Below, in pieces: positions 54,791-64,000 of a stretch of 64,000 bases of DNA (positions are counted from its first letter, which is position 1; each line of letters begins with the position of its first letter). The notes under the pieces are model-generated. The model was not told the origin of the DNA, searched no databases, and was given only the letters and a program-made list of their open reading frames with translations. The stretch is from a virus: the IMG/VR virus record IMGVR_UViG_3300050821_003950, positions 1 through 64,000 of that record; one strand, 5' to 3'. Made by a program: the position numbers and the translations under genes.

Positions 54791-55858
54791 ATGGCCGACG
54801 CAGCGGAAGGCGTTCATCGACTGAAAGACATCCTCGTCGAAGAGGTGTCTCTCGTCGATCGCGCCGCGAACAAGCGTCGGTTCCTAGTCGTCAAGCGTGA
54901 GGGTGGCGAGATGAGCGAGCTGCGTTCCAACGGTCGGGGCGGATTCACTCGGGTCATGAAGGCCGACGACACCGACGACGAAGAGACCAAGGCGCGCAAG
55001 GCGGCCGAGGAAGCCGAAAAGGCGAAGGGTAAGCCCTTCCCCGGCGCAGCGAAGCCGTTCGGCAAGCCCGGCGAGGGCGAGCCTCCGAAGAAGGACGACG
55101 AGGACGATGAGGAGACGAAGGCGAAGAAGGCGGCCGAGAAGGAAGAGGACGAGAAGGCTTTGAAGGTTCTCGAAGCCGCGGGCCTCACCGAAGCCGCGAA
55201 GCGTCTCGGCAAGGCCGACCCGCAAGGGATGAAGCTCGCGAAGGAAGTGTCGAGTCTCGCCGACGCGCTCACGAAGGTCGCCGAGGATCTCAAGGGCGAG
55301 GAAGAGGACGAGCCGTCCGACGTCCACATGAAGAAGATCCTCGCGGCCCACAAGAAGATGGGCGCCATGTGCGACAAGTACATGCGCAAGGTCGGCAAGG
55401 CGGCGATCGAAAAGGTCGGCGCGAAGATGGCCGGCGCTCGGCTGAACGCGTTCAAGGAAGCGCTCGGCAACCTTCAGTCGATCCTCTCCGAGCTGATGGA
55501 GACGCCGGGGAGCGTGAAAGAGCACGCGGCCGACCCGGGCGATCCGACCATGCCCGCGAAGGGCTTCAAGGCTTCCAACCCGAGCGACGCGCCGACGAAT
55601 GCGATGGGCGAGGCCGCGGTCAAGGCCATGCTCGAAAAGGTCATGAGCGACGTCGTCGAGCCGCTCGTCGAGGCGAACAAGAACCTCGTCGCTCGTCTCT
55701 CGAAGGTCGAGAAGGGCGTCGTCCCGAGCAACTCGATCCCGGTCGAGAAGCGCGGCGGCGGTCCACGCGGCGGTGCGGGGATCGCGTGGCCGATGGACAT
55801 GAACGAGCCCGTGAAGGGCGACGTGAAAAAGAGCGAGAGCTTCTTCGACGTCGACTGA
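54791..55858 (+). CDS. capsid scaffold/protease-associated protein
   Basis: RLKDI.VEEVSLVDRAAN...F.VVK N-terminus; charged coiled coil; directly upstream of MCP. Confidence 0.75.
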   Translation: MADAAEGVHRLKDILVEEVSLVDRAANKRRFLVVKREGGEMSELRSNGRGGFTRVMKADDTDDEETKARKAAEEAEKAKGKPFPGAAKPFGKPGEGEPPKKDDEDDEETKAKKAAEKEEDEKALKVLEAAGLTEAAKRLGKADPQGMKLAKEVSSLADALTKVAEDLKGEEEDEPSDVHMKKILAAHKKMGAMCDKYMRKVGKAAIEKVGAKMAGARLNAFKEALGNLQSILSELMETPGSVKEHAADPGDPTMPAKGFKASNPSDAPTNAMGEAAVKAMLEKVMSDVVEPLVEANKNLVARLSKVEKGVVPSNSIPVEKRGGGPRGGAGIAWPMDMNEPVKGDVKKSESFFDVD

Positions 55859-55924
55859 TCGGCGAGCGACGAAGACACGAGATCCGAAACCGAGTCAGAC
55901 GCGAGAGAACAGGGAGAGAGAACG

Positions 55925-56887
55925 ATGGGAACGGTTGCCGCTGGAATCCTCGACAACAACACGATTCTTCAGAAGGCGGATCTCGCGCTCTCGGACATCA
56001 CGACCGACGGCGGACTTTTGCAGCCTGCGCAGGCGCAGAAGTTCATGCGGATCCTCATCAAAGAGGCCGTCGTGATGAAGCTCGCCACGGTCGTCCCGAT
56101 GCGCAGCCCGAAGCAGCTCATCGAGAAGATCCAGTTCGGCGAGCGCATCTTGCACGCCGGCACCGAGGCGACCGCGCTCGCCGTCGGGGACCGTTCGAAG
56201 CCCGACACCGAAGAGGTCGAGCTGAACGCTCAGCTCTTCAAGGCCGAGGTGCGGTTGAACAACGAGGTGCTCGAAGACTCGATCGAGCGCGGCCAGCTTC
56301 GTCAGACGATCATGCAGCTCATGGCCGAGCGCATCGCGACGGATATGGACGAGTGCATCGTCCAGTCGAACACCACGTCGACCGATCCGTTCCTCTCACG
56401 TCTGTCCGCGGGCGGGCTCTTTCAACAGAGCGTCTCGCAGGTCGTCGATCAGGCGACGACGTTCACGACGAAGCAGACGTTCCACACCATGATCAAGGCG
56501 ATGCCTTCTCAGTTCCAGCGGAACAAGAAGGATCTTCGCTTCCTCACGTCGATCCAAAGCGAGCTGGACTACCGTGACTCGCTCGGTGAGCGCGCCACGA
56601 TCGGCGGCGACAAGTGGACGACCGAGGACGTGCCCGTGCAGTACGGCGGGATCCCGCTCGTCGGCGTGCCGCTCTTCCCCGAGAACCTCGGCTCCGGTCT
56701 GAACACGACCGACGTGATCCTGACCGACCCGAAGAACATCAACGTCGGGATCTGGCGCAACATCCGCGTCGAGACGGACAAGCTCGTGAGCGAGGGCGTC
56801 CTGATCATCGTCGCGACGCTCCGCTTCGACATGAAGTACGCTCACGAGCCCGCGGTCGTGAAGTCGATCAACGTCCGCATCCAGTAA
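55925..56887 (+). CDS. major capsid protein (HK97 fold, XkdG-like)
   Basis: GGLLQPAQA..F, EVLEDSIE, YGGIP, LTDPKNI..G..R.I..E, RFD. Confidence 0.9.
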   Translation: MGTVAAGILDNNTILQKADLALSDITTDGGLLQPAQAQKFMRILIKEAVVMKLATVVPMRSPKQLIEKIQFGERILHAGTEATALAVGDRSKPDTEEVELNAQLFKAEVRLNNEVLEDSIERGQLRQTIMQLMAERIATDMDECIVQSNTTSTDPFLSRLSAGGLFQQSVSQVVDQATTFTTKQTFHTMIKAMPSQFQRNKKDLRFLTSIQSELDYRDSLGERATIGGDKWTTEDVPVQYGGIPLVGVPLFPENLGSGLNTTDVILTDPKNINVGIWRNIRVETDKLVSEGVLIIVATLRFDMKYAHEPAVVKSINVRIQ

Positions 56888-56953
56888 CGCGGCCCTCGGC
56901 TGCGTCCCCCTCCACCGACGACCAACGACGAGAAGAAGTAGGGAGAAAAGATC

Positions 56954-57688
56954 ATGTCACTCGGCAAGCTCAGCAACGCATCGGCGGCGTCGGTCACGAC
57001 CGGGGCGGCAACCTTCGACCTGCACTTGCTCGCGGGTGCAGAGCTGGATCTTCTCATCGACGGACCGCCCGTCGTCATCTCGCCGACGTACTCGCCGATC
57101 TACGGCGGGAATCTCGTCAGCGTGAAGATCAAGGCGGCCGACTACGCGAGCTTTGCGGCGGCGACGGCGGCCGAGCTGGTCGCGGTCCTGAATCGCGAGC
57201 TGGCCGCGCAGGCGGCAGCGGGTCAGCCCCCGGCCGCGGTCGCGTCGGGGACGTCGACCGTCTCGATCAAGTCGGTCAAGCTCGGACAGAACGCCACGTT
57301 GCAGATCCTTCCGTCGAGCACGCCGGCACTTCTGACGGCGCTCACGCTGACGGCGGGGCTCTACCTCGGGGCGGGGCTCCTCGGGGTCGGCGCGCAGGTC
57401 TCGCCGATTTTCCACGACGTGATGAGCTTCGCTGGCGACAGCTCGTATCCGACGGGCGGATCGCTCGGGTTCGGCGCCGCGGTGAAGTCGTTTTTCGGCG
57501 ACGGTCGGCAAGTGATCGCGGTTCTCGCGCTCGATTGCAACGGCTACATGATCGCCTACGTGCCCGCGACGGACGCGCTCAAGGTGTTCGACGGGGCCGA
57601 CACGACGCCCGATGAGCCGCTCGACGAGGTCGACAACGGGACGAACCTCTCGGGGACGACGTTCAACGTCCTCGTGATCTCGGCCTAA
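56954..57688 (+). CDS. virion structural protein
   Basis: FAGDSSYPTGG...LKVF...EV.NGTNLS motif seen in head-decoration-type proteins. Confidence 0.6.
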   Translation: MSLGKLSNASAASVTTGAATFDLHLLAGAELDLLIDGPPVVISPTYSPIYGGNLVSVKIKAADYASFAAATAAELVAVLNRELAAQAAAGQPPAAVASGTSTVSIKSVKLGQNATLQILPSSTPALLTALTLTAGLYLGAGLLGVGAQVSPIFHDVMSFAGDSSYPTGGSLGFGAAVKSFFGDGRQVIAVLALDCNGYMIAYVPATDALKVFDGADTTPDEPLDEVDNGTNLSGTTFNVLVISA

Positions 57689-57736
57689 GCCGAGGCGCAC
57701 GAGACAAGCGACAAGCGACGACGAGGAGCGATCATC

Positions 57737-58495
57737 ATGGGAACGAGCGTCAACGGAAAGCCGCCCTTCAGCCCGAGCGACGTGCAGCCGATCGCGGGCA
57801 CGGACACGTTCGGATCGGGCGGCAAGAACTTCGCTCCGAATCAGGGCAACCCGTCCGTCGGCGCGGTGCTGCTCGATCTGCTCAAGCGCATCGCTCGCCC
57901 GGTCGCGAACGTGGCCGCGCTGCAAGCCACGGTCGAAGCTGACCGCGCGGACGGGATGCAGATCGTCACGCTCGACACGTACACCCTTTGGGTGTGGAAG
58001 GACGCCGACGCGACCGCGGCCGACGCGAACCATATCGAGCCGACCGACACGTCCGCGGGATCCGGTCTCGGTCGATGGGTGTCCATGGCGGTCAGCTCGG
58101 GTTCGGGTCAGGGCGAGGAGCAGCGCCTCACGATCGACGTTCCGCTCGCCACGATCCAGGCGCAGACGTCGGGCGTCGCCTTCAACCTCGGCGCCGCTCT
58201 CCCCGCGAACGCTCGCGTCTCGGGGACCGAGCTGAACGTGATCGCCACGGTCACGGGCGGCACGATCAGCGCGTGTCACTCGACCGTCCAAGGCGGCACG
58301 GACGCCGCGGGCTCACTGCAAGGCTCGACGGACGTGTTCACGGCGACGGGCACCTTCGACACGGCGGGATCGGATCCCTACGAGTCGCGAGGCGGTCAGC
58401 AACTCAAGATGACGCTCACGAGCGTCGGCGACACGCTCGCGCACGCGACGACCGGGCACCTCTCGGTCGACGTCTTCTACGCGATCGTTCCGTAA
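57737..58495 (+). CDS. virion structural protein
   Basis: Thr/Gly-rich; head module context. Confidence 0.55.
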   Translation: MGTSVNGKPPFSPSDVQPIAGTDTFGSGGKNFAPNQGNPSVGAVLLDLLKRIARPVANVAALQATVEADRADGMQIVTLDTYTLWVWKDADATAADANHIEPTDTSAGSGLGRWVSMAVSSGSGQGEEQRLTIDVPLATIQAQTSGVAFNLGAALPANARVSGTELNVIATVTGGTISACHSTVQGGTDAAGSLQGSTDVFTATGTFDTAGSDPYESRGGQQLKMTLTSVGDTLAHATTGHLSVDVFYAIVP

Positions 58496-58535
58496 CGGGA
58501 TAGACATCACCGTCACTCGTAGCTAGAGTGAGGGC

Positions 58536-59000
58536 ATGTCGACCCCCAAGCCCGCCGCGAAGACCGCCAAGCCGAACACGCGACTCGTTCGCCTCAAGCC
58601 CTACGATCGACGTCGACGCCACGTGATGCGCGTCTACGTGCACGGACCCACGGGGAAGAAGTTCGAGGAGCGGAAAGGCTGGTACAAGGTCGATGCCTCG
58701 CTCGCGAAGTACCTCGGCACCGTGCAGCAAATCGAAGGCGACGAGGACGCTCCGTTCGCCTTCGACGTGTGCTCGGCCGAAGAGGCGAAACGGCTCGACG
58801 AGCGCGAGCGCAGGGTCCGCGTCAAGCGCGCGGAGTCCGACGAGGCGAACGACCTCACGACGGGCGACCTCCACGGCAACCGAAGGCACGCCGGCACGGC
58901 GCGCGAGGCGGCCGAGGATCGTTTCGCAGCTCGGCGCGGGCGGGAGCCCGTCCGGCGCGAGCGCTCGATGCGCGTCGCCGACGCGACCGACGGCGTCTAA
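58536..59000 (+). CDS. hypothetical protein
   Basis: GAGG RBS; head module. Confidence 0.55.
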   Translation: MSTPKPAAKTAKPNTRLVRLKPYDRRRRHVMRVYVHGPTGKKFEERKGWYKVDASLAKYLGTVQQIEGDEDAPFAFDVCSAEEAKRLDERERRVRVKRAESDEANDLTTGDLHGNRRHAGTAREAAEDRFAARRGREPVRRERSMRVADATDGV

Positions 59001-59039
59001 CCTCTGTTCCGGGGAGGATCGCCGTCGTAGGATAGGGGC

Positions 59040-60236
59040 GTGATCTCGCTCGTCCCCGGTCAGGTCTCGAATCCCGAGACGCCTGCGCTCGTCTTCATCT
59101 CGCAGGTCGTCGGGCAAGCCGTGCCCGCGTTCTCGCTTTCGTTTCGGATCCTCGACATCCACACGCCCGACCTCGAAGCGAACCCCGGGGTCCTCTTTGG
59201 GCCGCATACCGTCGACCTCGTCAACGACATCGTCGAAGCGAACACGAGCAACGGCTTCGTCCCCGGGATCGATCAGATGAACCCGACGGCGGGCTTCTAC
59301 GCGGCCGACTGGATGGTCCCGAGCGACTTGCCGCTCGGGAAGTACATGATCGAGTGGACCTACCTTCTGACGAACCCGACGTCGCAATCGCTCTCGTTCT
59401 CGAACAGCGAGAACCCGCCGAGCGGCGTCTTCCGAAAGGTGTTCGAGGTCGTCGCCGCGGGCTCGCTACAAACGAACCTCTCGCTCACGGCGTACAATTC
59501 GCCGCAAGCGCAATACTCGCTCGTGACCGATCTGCGGACCTTCCTCGACTGCGACACGAAGGATTTTTCGGACATCGCGCTCAAGAGGACGATCATCAAA
59601 GCGAGCGCGCTCATCGAGCGCGTGACCGGGCGCTACTTCGAGCCGCGCTTCACGACGCAGCGCCTCGGCGGCAACTCGTCGCGCAAGCTCGAACTCGGTC
59701 CCGCGATCGTGAGCGTGTCGAGCGTAGGCATCGACACCGAGCCCACGCAATCGGGAGACCTCGTCGTCGAGCTGGACTTGCTGCGCATCTACAATCGACA
59801 CCTCGCGCAAGGGATGATCGATCCTGACGACAGGGACAACCCGCTCCTAGAGTTCGTGCACTCGGACGACCTCTACGGGATCCGCTTCATCCCCTTCCGC
59901 GGGATCTCGCTCCGCTCGCTCGCGTGGCCGATCGGTGTTCAGAACATCCACGTCCGCGGCTTCTTCGGCTTCACGGATCCCGACGGCTCGCCGTGGGGAG
60001 AGACGCCCGAACCGATTCAGCACGTGTGCCGATTGATCTGCGCGCGCGAGGTCGGCAAGCCCGGCACCGACAAGCGCGAGGACGCTCAGTGGCGATGGCG
60101 TGTGAAGAGCGAGAAGACGCGCGAGGTCGAGATCCAGATGGTCGAGCCGCGCAAGTGGGGCGAATACTTCGGCGACCCCGAGATCGATTCGATCCTCTCG
60201 TCCTACTTGCGACCCCCGAGGATCGGTGCGGTATGA
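59040..60236 (+). CDS. head-tail adaptor (gp6/gp15-like C-terminal domain)
   Basis: ASALIERVTGRYF, NI.V.G..G, PEPI, G.PEIDSIL..Y. Confidence 0.7.
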   Translation: MISLVPGQVSNPETPALVFISQVVGQAVPAFSLSFRILDIHTPDLEANPGVLFGPHTVDLVNDIVEANTSNGFVPGIDQMNPTAGFYAADWMVPSDLPLGKYMIEWTYLLTNPTSQSLSFSNSENPPSGVFRKVFEVVAAGSLQTNLSLTAYNSPQAQYSLVTDLRTFLDCDTKDFSDIALKRTIIKASALIERVTGRYFEPRFTTQRLGGNSSRKLELGPAIVSVSSVGIDTEPTQSGDLVVELDLLRIYNRHLAQGMIDPDDRDNPLLEFVHSDDLYGIRFIPFRGISLRSLAWPIGVQNIHVRGFFGFTDPDGSPWGETPEPIQHVCRLICAREVGKPGTDKREDAQWRWRVKSEKTREVEIQMVEPRKWGEYFGDPEIDSILSSYLRPPRIGAV

Positions 60237-60484
60237 AGTCGCCCTTCCGTCTCCCGCGCGCCGAGAAGGTCTCGCGCGCGCATGCGCGCACGGACGCGCG
60301 CCGCGCCCGCGCCCGCGCTACGCGCAACGCGCGCAGGCGTGAGGCGCGCGCGCTCGCCCGCGCGAGTGCACCGATCAAGATCAAGAAGTCGCCCGAGGAG
60401 CGCCGCGAACACAAGCGCAAGGCCGATCGGGATCGGCTCGCGAAGAAGAGGGAGCGCCGCGCGCTCGCGTTCGAGGCGGCATGA
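60233..60484 (+). CDS. small Arg/Lys-rich basic protein
   Basis: ATGA-coupled at both ends; highly basic. Confidence 0.5.
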   Translation: MKSPFRLPRAEKVSRAHARTDARRARARATRNARRREARALARASAPIKIKKSPEERREHKRKADRDRLAKKRERRALAFEAA

Positions 60485-60996
60485 GGCCGCGCTTGCATCA
60501 CGCCTTTCTCGTCGAGGTGCGAATGCTCGACGCCGTCGCGACGCGCGCCGCACTCGAACAGTCGACCGACGTGCCCGAGATCACGAGCGGCTACGATGAC
60601 GACTTCAAAGAGATCGTCGTCGTCTCGAACCCGACGCGCACGACCGAGCGGCAAGAACAGGATCCGATTTTGATCCCGTCGCAGATCGAGGACCCGACCT
60701 TCCGCGCGCTGATGCAGATGTCGGCCGGCAATATCCCCGACACGAAGCTAGAGCTTGTTTGGGCGCGCAAGGATTTGGAGTGTCTGTCCCTGATCGTCCC
60801 CGAGACGGGCGTACCCTTGATCCGCGTGAACGACCGCGTCGCCTCGATTCGCGATCGATGCGGGTCGCCCATCATGAGGATCTTCACGCCCCCGGGGCTC
60901 TACGTGACCGACGTGCGGCCGACGTGGGGCATCGCGCAGCGCGGCGACCTCTTCATCGTCACGCTGGACGATCGCGAGCAAGGCGTGCAGCGCTGA
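60481..60996 (+). CDS. head closure/stopper-like protein
   Basis: GYDDDFKE motif; position after adaptor. Confidence 0.55.
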   Translation: MRPRLHHAFLVEVRMLDAVATRAALEQSTDVPEITSGYDDDFKEIVVVSNPTRTTERQEQDPILIPSQIEDPTFRALMQMSAGNIPDTKLELVWARKDLECLSLIVPETGVPLIRVNDRVASIRDRCGSPIMRIFTPPGLYVTDVRPTWGIAQRGDLFIVTLDDREQGVQR

Positions 60997-61631
60997 TGCC
61001 TCTTGAGGGCGATTGGGACAAGGCCGAGAAGGCGCTCGACGGTCTCGGTCCCAAGTTCATGAAGGCGGTGCGGAAGGCGATGCTCGTCGAGGGGCAGACC
61101 TTGCGCGGCGAGGTCGTCAAGGGGCTCGACTCGCAGGCGCCCGCGGGGCAGAGCTTCACGCCGCTCTCTCAGATCACGCTCGCGATGCGACGCTTCGGCG
61201 ATGCGCGAAACTCGTCGTTCAAGGGGAGCAAGGCGCTCATCCGTCGGGCCGACCTCCGCAACGGGATCGTGAGCGTGCAGAAGGGCGACGAAGTGTTTGT
61301 CGGCGTGCTCCGCACGGCGCACTCGAAGACGGGCGAGAGCCTCGTGAACATCGCCGAGGAGCACGAAAACGGAGTCGGCGCGATCGTGGTTCCGATCACG
61401 CCGAAGTCGAGTCGTTACTTTCACGCCGCGCTCGCGGCGGCCGGCATCGAGTCCCCGAAGAGCGATGCGACGGGCGGCGGCGTCGCGATCGCGATCATCC
61501 GAATCCCCGCGCGCCCGTTCCTCGGTCCCGTCTTCGAGAAATTCGCCAAGCCCGAGGACGTGCGCGCGCGCATGTATCACCGAATCTCTAACGAGCTGAA
61601 CCTCGGGGGCGAGGGCGGCGGGCACGAGTAG
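60996..61631 (+). CDS. neck/virion morphogenesis protein (Mu gpG / HK97 gp10-like)
   Basis: PLS..T, KALI...DLRN.I, IA..HE.G, IPARPFL. Confidence 0.75.
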   Translation: MPLEGDWDKAEKALDGLGPKFMKAVRKAMLVEGQTLRGEVVKGLDSQAPAGQSFTPLSQITLAMRRFGDARNSSFKGSKALIRRADLRNGIVSVQKGDEVFVGVLRTAHSKTGESLVNIAEEHENGVGAIVVPITPKSSRYFHAALAAAGIESPKSDATGGGVAIAIIRIPARPFLGPVFEKFAKPEDVRARMYHRISNELNLGGEGGGHE

Positions 61632-62016
61632 GCGGCGGGCGCTCGTCGGCGGCGACGTTCGATTGCAGCCCCTCGCGGAGCATGTGCCATACGTGCCCGT
61701 AGAGGTTCGCGCGCGCGACGCCTTGCGTGCGGTAGACCTCGTTCTTGAAGTTGTCGTATTCGAGATCGCCGGTCACGAAGACCGAGAGCGCGTGACCGAT
61801 CGCGCGCCGCGTGGCGACGAAGCGAAAGCGGTAGTCGGCGTCTTCGGTCTCGACGATGGGGGACGGGGGCTGCACGTCGATGTCGCCGTTCGCGCCCTCG
61901 ATGAAGCTCACGAAGTCGAGGGCATCCCGCGCGACCCGGGCGCGCACGAGGACAAAGTGTTTGTTCTCGCGGTGCGCGACGATGGAGAAAAAACCGAAGG
62001 GGGTGAGAAGCCACAA
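61588..62016 (-). CDS. conserved phage hypothetical protein
   Basis: W..T..GFFSIV...VRAR...DY.FR...Y.NFK; TTG start. Confidence 0.6.
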   Translation of the reverse strand: MWLLTPFGFFSIVAHRENKHFVLVRARVARDALDFVSFIEGANGDIDVQPPSPIVETEDADYRFRFVATRRAIGHALSVFVTGDLEYDNFKNEVYRTQGVARANLYGHVWHMLREGLQSNVAADERPPPTRARRPRPRGSAR

Positions 62017-62020
62017 ATTG

Positions 62021-62197
62021 CTATCCAGCCTTTCGCCGTCGGGTTGCTCGATCGCGCTCGCAGGTACGGCAGAACCGCGAGCCGCGGTAGAATCTCGTGT
62101 TCGATTTCGTGAAGCGATGTCCGCGAAGGCAGGCAAGCGATCCGCTCACGTTGATCGGTCGTTGGATCTCGCCCGGCTTGAGGTGCGCCTTCCACAT
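62021..62197 (-). CDS. small Zn-binding protein (CxxGH...NT...RxCxxC; HNH-associated domain remnant)
   Basis: CLRGHRFTKSNT...RFCRTC. Confidence 0.5.
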   Translation of the reverse strand: MWKAHLKPGEIQRPINVSGSLACLRGHRFTKSNTRFYRGSRFCRTCERDRATRRRKAG

Positions 62198-62199
62198 GA

Positions 62200-63786
62200 T
62201 CAGGACTCGACCTCGGCGTCCGTCTTGCGGCCGACGGGGAGGTAGGTCAGCGGCGCCGGCTTCGATTGGCCCTTGCCGTAGAGCAGCGAGGACACCGAGT
62301 GCTCGATCTCGTCGGCGTTGAAGTCGTCCTGTTCGACCTCGTGCGCGTAGCGCGTGAAGGCGTTCACGACTGCGCCGCGCGAGATTTCCTTGTGACCGTG
62401 CGCCGCGTAGCTCGTGTCCGCTTCCCACATGGTCATGAGCTTGGGGATCGTCTCGTCGCGCCGGCCGCGCACGGGGACAAGCTCGCGCTCGATGATCGAG
62501 TTGAAGATCCCGGGCATCAGCTCGGACACCTTCATCGGCATGTCGTCGGCGCTCACGCCCTCGAAGGGCTGCACGCGGTTGTCATCGGCGGCGTAGTTCC
62601 ACGCGGTGAGGAAGTGCTCCAAGCGGCCGAGCGCGTCCTTCATCCCCTCGGCGAACCGAGTCGCGAGCGCCTCGACGGTGCCCGTGTGGCGCAGCCGGAA
62701 GAGCGGCGTCGACGCGCGGTCGATGATGATCAGGTTCAGGCAAAGGTTCTGAAAGACGAGCGCGTCGCCGACGAGCGAGCCCCCGCCCGTGTCGTCCGTG
62801 CGGACCCGGATGCCCGCCTTGAAGAACTCGCCCGCGACGTAGTCTTTCGGCTGGACGTTGGAGTGAAACTGCACGTCGAAGATCGCGCCGCGGCCGTCGT
62901 AGACGATCCGGCACTTCGCGTCCCGAGGCATCGATCGGTCGAGCGCGCGCGCGACCATGTCGACGTCGAAGTTCGTGTAGCGCTTCGGCGAGACCACGCC
63001 GAAGACCTCGCGCGGCGTCGTCGAGCTGTTCGAGTCGCGCGTGCGCAGGCGCACCGCGCGCGGCTCCCATTTCGCGAGCGCGGCATCGTCGAGCCCGTTG
63101 CGCATCTTGATCTCGCTCTGCCCGAGCGCGGTCATCCAATGGTTCACGTTGATCGCGCGCAGCTCGGGCCAGCATTTCGTCAGGTAGGCCGCGCCCCCGA
63201 TCCCCGAGTGGTAGCCTACGAGCGTCTCGAACGCGCGCTCGGTCACGCTGTAGCGCTTGTCCGGCAGCGCGAGCAGCCCGCCCTTGGTCATGCGGACCGC
63301 GGCGAGCGGCACGATCTCGTCGCTCCGCTTCTCGGCTTCGATCCTCGTGACGAAGTCGGCGCACGCGGGGCCGACCCCGGGGAGCGCGTCGTGTGCTGCG
63401 CGCGAGCGCGCGGCGTTCGCTACGCCCGTCGAGTTCACCATCGTCCCGCGGCGAAAGATCGTCGCCTTCGGGGCGAAGCCCGCGGCGACGGCGGCTTCGA
63501 GGTCGACGATCGAGCGCGCCTCGCCGATGACGTCGTGCCCCTCGCGCTTCGGCTCGAACGTGGGCGTGCTCGGCGCGGCCGAGAGGACGATCGCGCTCGA
63601 CGCCTTGTTCGGCGGCGCGAGGTTGTCGACCTTCGGCGTCCCGCCGTGCTTCGCGACGAGTTCGTCGGCGACGTCGGACCACGTTGCGAGCGTGGCCCAT
63701 CGGGTCTCGCCCCCGAGGGCGATGCGAACGGTCATATCGGGGGACGGCGGCGTGTCTTCGATGCGTGCGGTGTTCTGAGCGGCCAT
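62200..63786 (-). CDS. DUF932-like protein
   Basis: VVS..Y, G......DDTGGGS, LCLN, RH.G, VVNAFT.YAH. Confidence 0.7.
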   Translation of the reverse strand: MAAQNTARIEDTPPSPDMTVRIALGGETRWATLATWSDVADELVAKHGGTPKVDNLAPPNKASSAIVLSAAPSTPTFEPKREGHDVIGEARSIVDLEAAVAAGFAPKATIFRRGTMVNSTGVANAARSRAAHDALPGVGPACADFVTRIEAEKRSDEIVPLAAVRMTKGGLLALPDKRYSVTERAFETLVGYHSGIGGAAYLTKCWPELRAINVNHWMTALGQSEIKMRNGLDDAALAKWEPRAVRLRTRDSNSSTTPREVFGVVSPKRYTNFDVDMVARALDRSMPRDAKCRIVYDGRGAIFDVQFHSNVQPKDYVAGEFFKAGIRVRTDDTGGGSLVGDALVFQNLCLNLIIIDRASTPLFRLRHTGTVEALATRFAEGMKDALGRLEHFLTAWNYAADDNRVQPFEGVSADDMPMKVSELMPGIFNSIIERELVPVRGRRDETIPKLMTMWEADTSYAAHGHKEISRGAVVNAFTRYAHEVEQDDFNADEIEHSVSSLLYGKGQSKPAPLTYLPVGRKTDAEVES

Positions 63787-63830
63787 GGTGGCGATCCTTC
63801 CGGGGGCCTCGCGGCCCCCCGTGTGCGGTC

Positions 63831-64000
63831 CTAGAAGCTCGTGTAGAAGCCCGTGTGATTCGTGAAGACCCGGCGCAGGTCGTCGCAGTAGACGCCCTCG
63901 ATCTCGGCGACGACGGCGACCTTGAAGCTCGGCGCGCGGCCGATCTTGAAGAACGCGACGGTGTAGGTGTCCGACCCGAGGTCGAGCGTCACGCGGACCC
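63831..64000 (-). CDS. partial conserved phage protein
   Basis: ...DTYTV.F...GVYCDDL...F...TGFYTSF stop; start lies beyond window. Confidence 0.55.
   Translation of the reverse strand, partial: VRVTLDLGSDTYTVAFFKIGRAPSFKVAVVAEIEGVYCDDLRRVFTNHTGFYTSF

Overview
This is a 64 kb, high-GC segment of a large tailed phage or prophage. A myxobacterial (Polyangiaceae-like) host is inferred from 'PPPDAG' Pro/Asp-Ala-Gly repeat proteins and the codon style. Gene order: (1) 1-21.5 kb replication/recombination module with an SSB-like protein, DinG helicase, LAGLIDADG and HNH endonucleases, MT-A70 methylase, DUF2829/Tad2-like protein, SF2 helicase, DnaA-C HTH, split primase/helicase, a CCACTTG iteron cluster, DEDDh exonuclease, PD-(D/E)XK nuclease, RuvC-like resolvase and an orphan TerS-like gene. 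(2) 21.8-32.8 kb small accessory genes: RHH regulator, beta-clamp-like protein, a frameshifted gene, a repeat-delimited cassette array and a MazG-like protein. (3) 32.8-39.7 kb tail-fibre/virion accessory genes. (4) A minus-strand minimal tyrosine recombinase plus GIY-YIG. (5) 41.4-61.6 kb head module: TerL, portal, MuF fused to kinase-like and ADP-ribosyltransferase domains, a Dam methylase-XkdF protease-pyrophosphatase fusion, scaffold, HK97-fold capsid and neck proteins. (6) A minus-strand DUF932 island. The most notable observations are head-assembly proteins carrying enzymatic cargo, three pairs of adjacent genes ending in the same C-terminal peptide, a 21-bp-repeat cassette array, a domain shared between the SSB-like protein and an HNH nuclease, and apparent avoidance of CTSSAG/GAGCTC sites. 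All calls come from motif recognition by eye; no database searches were run.
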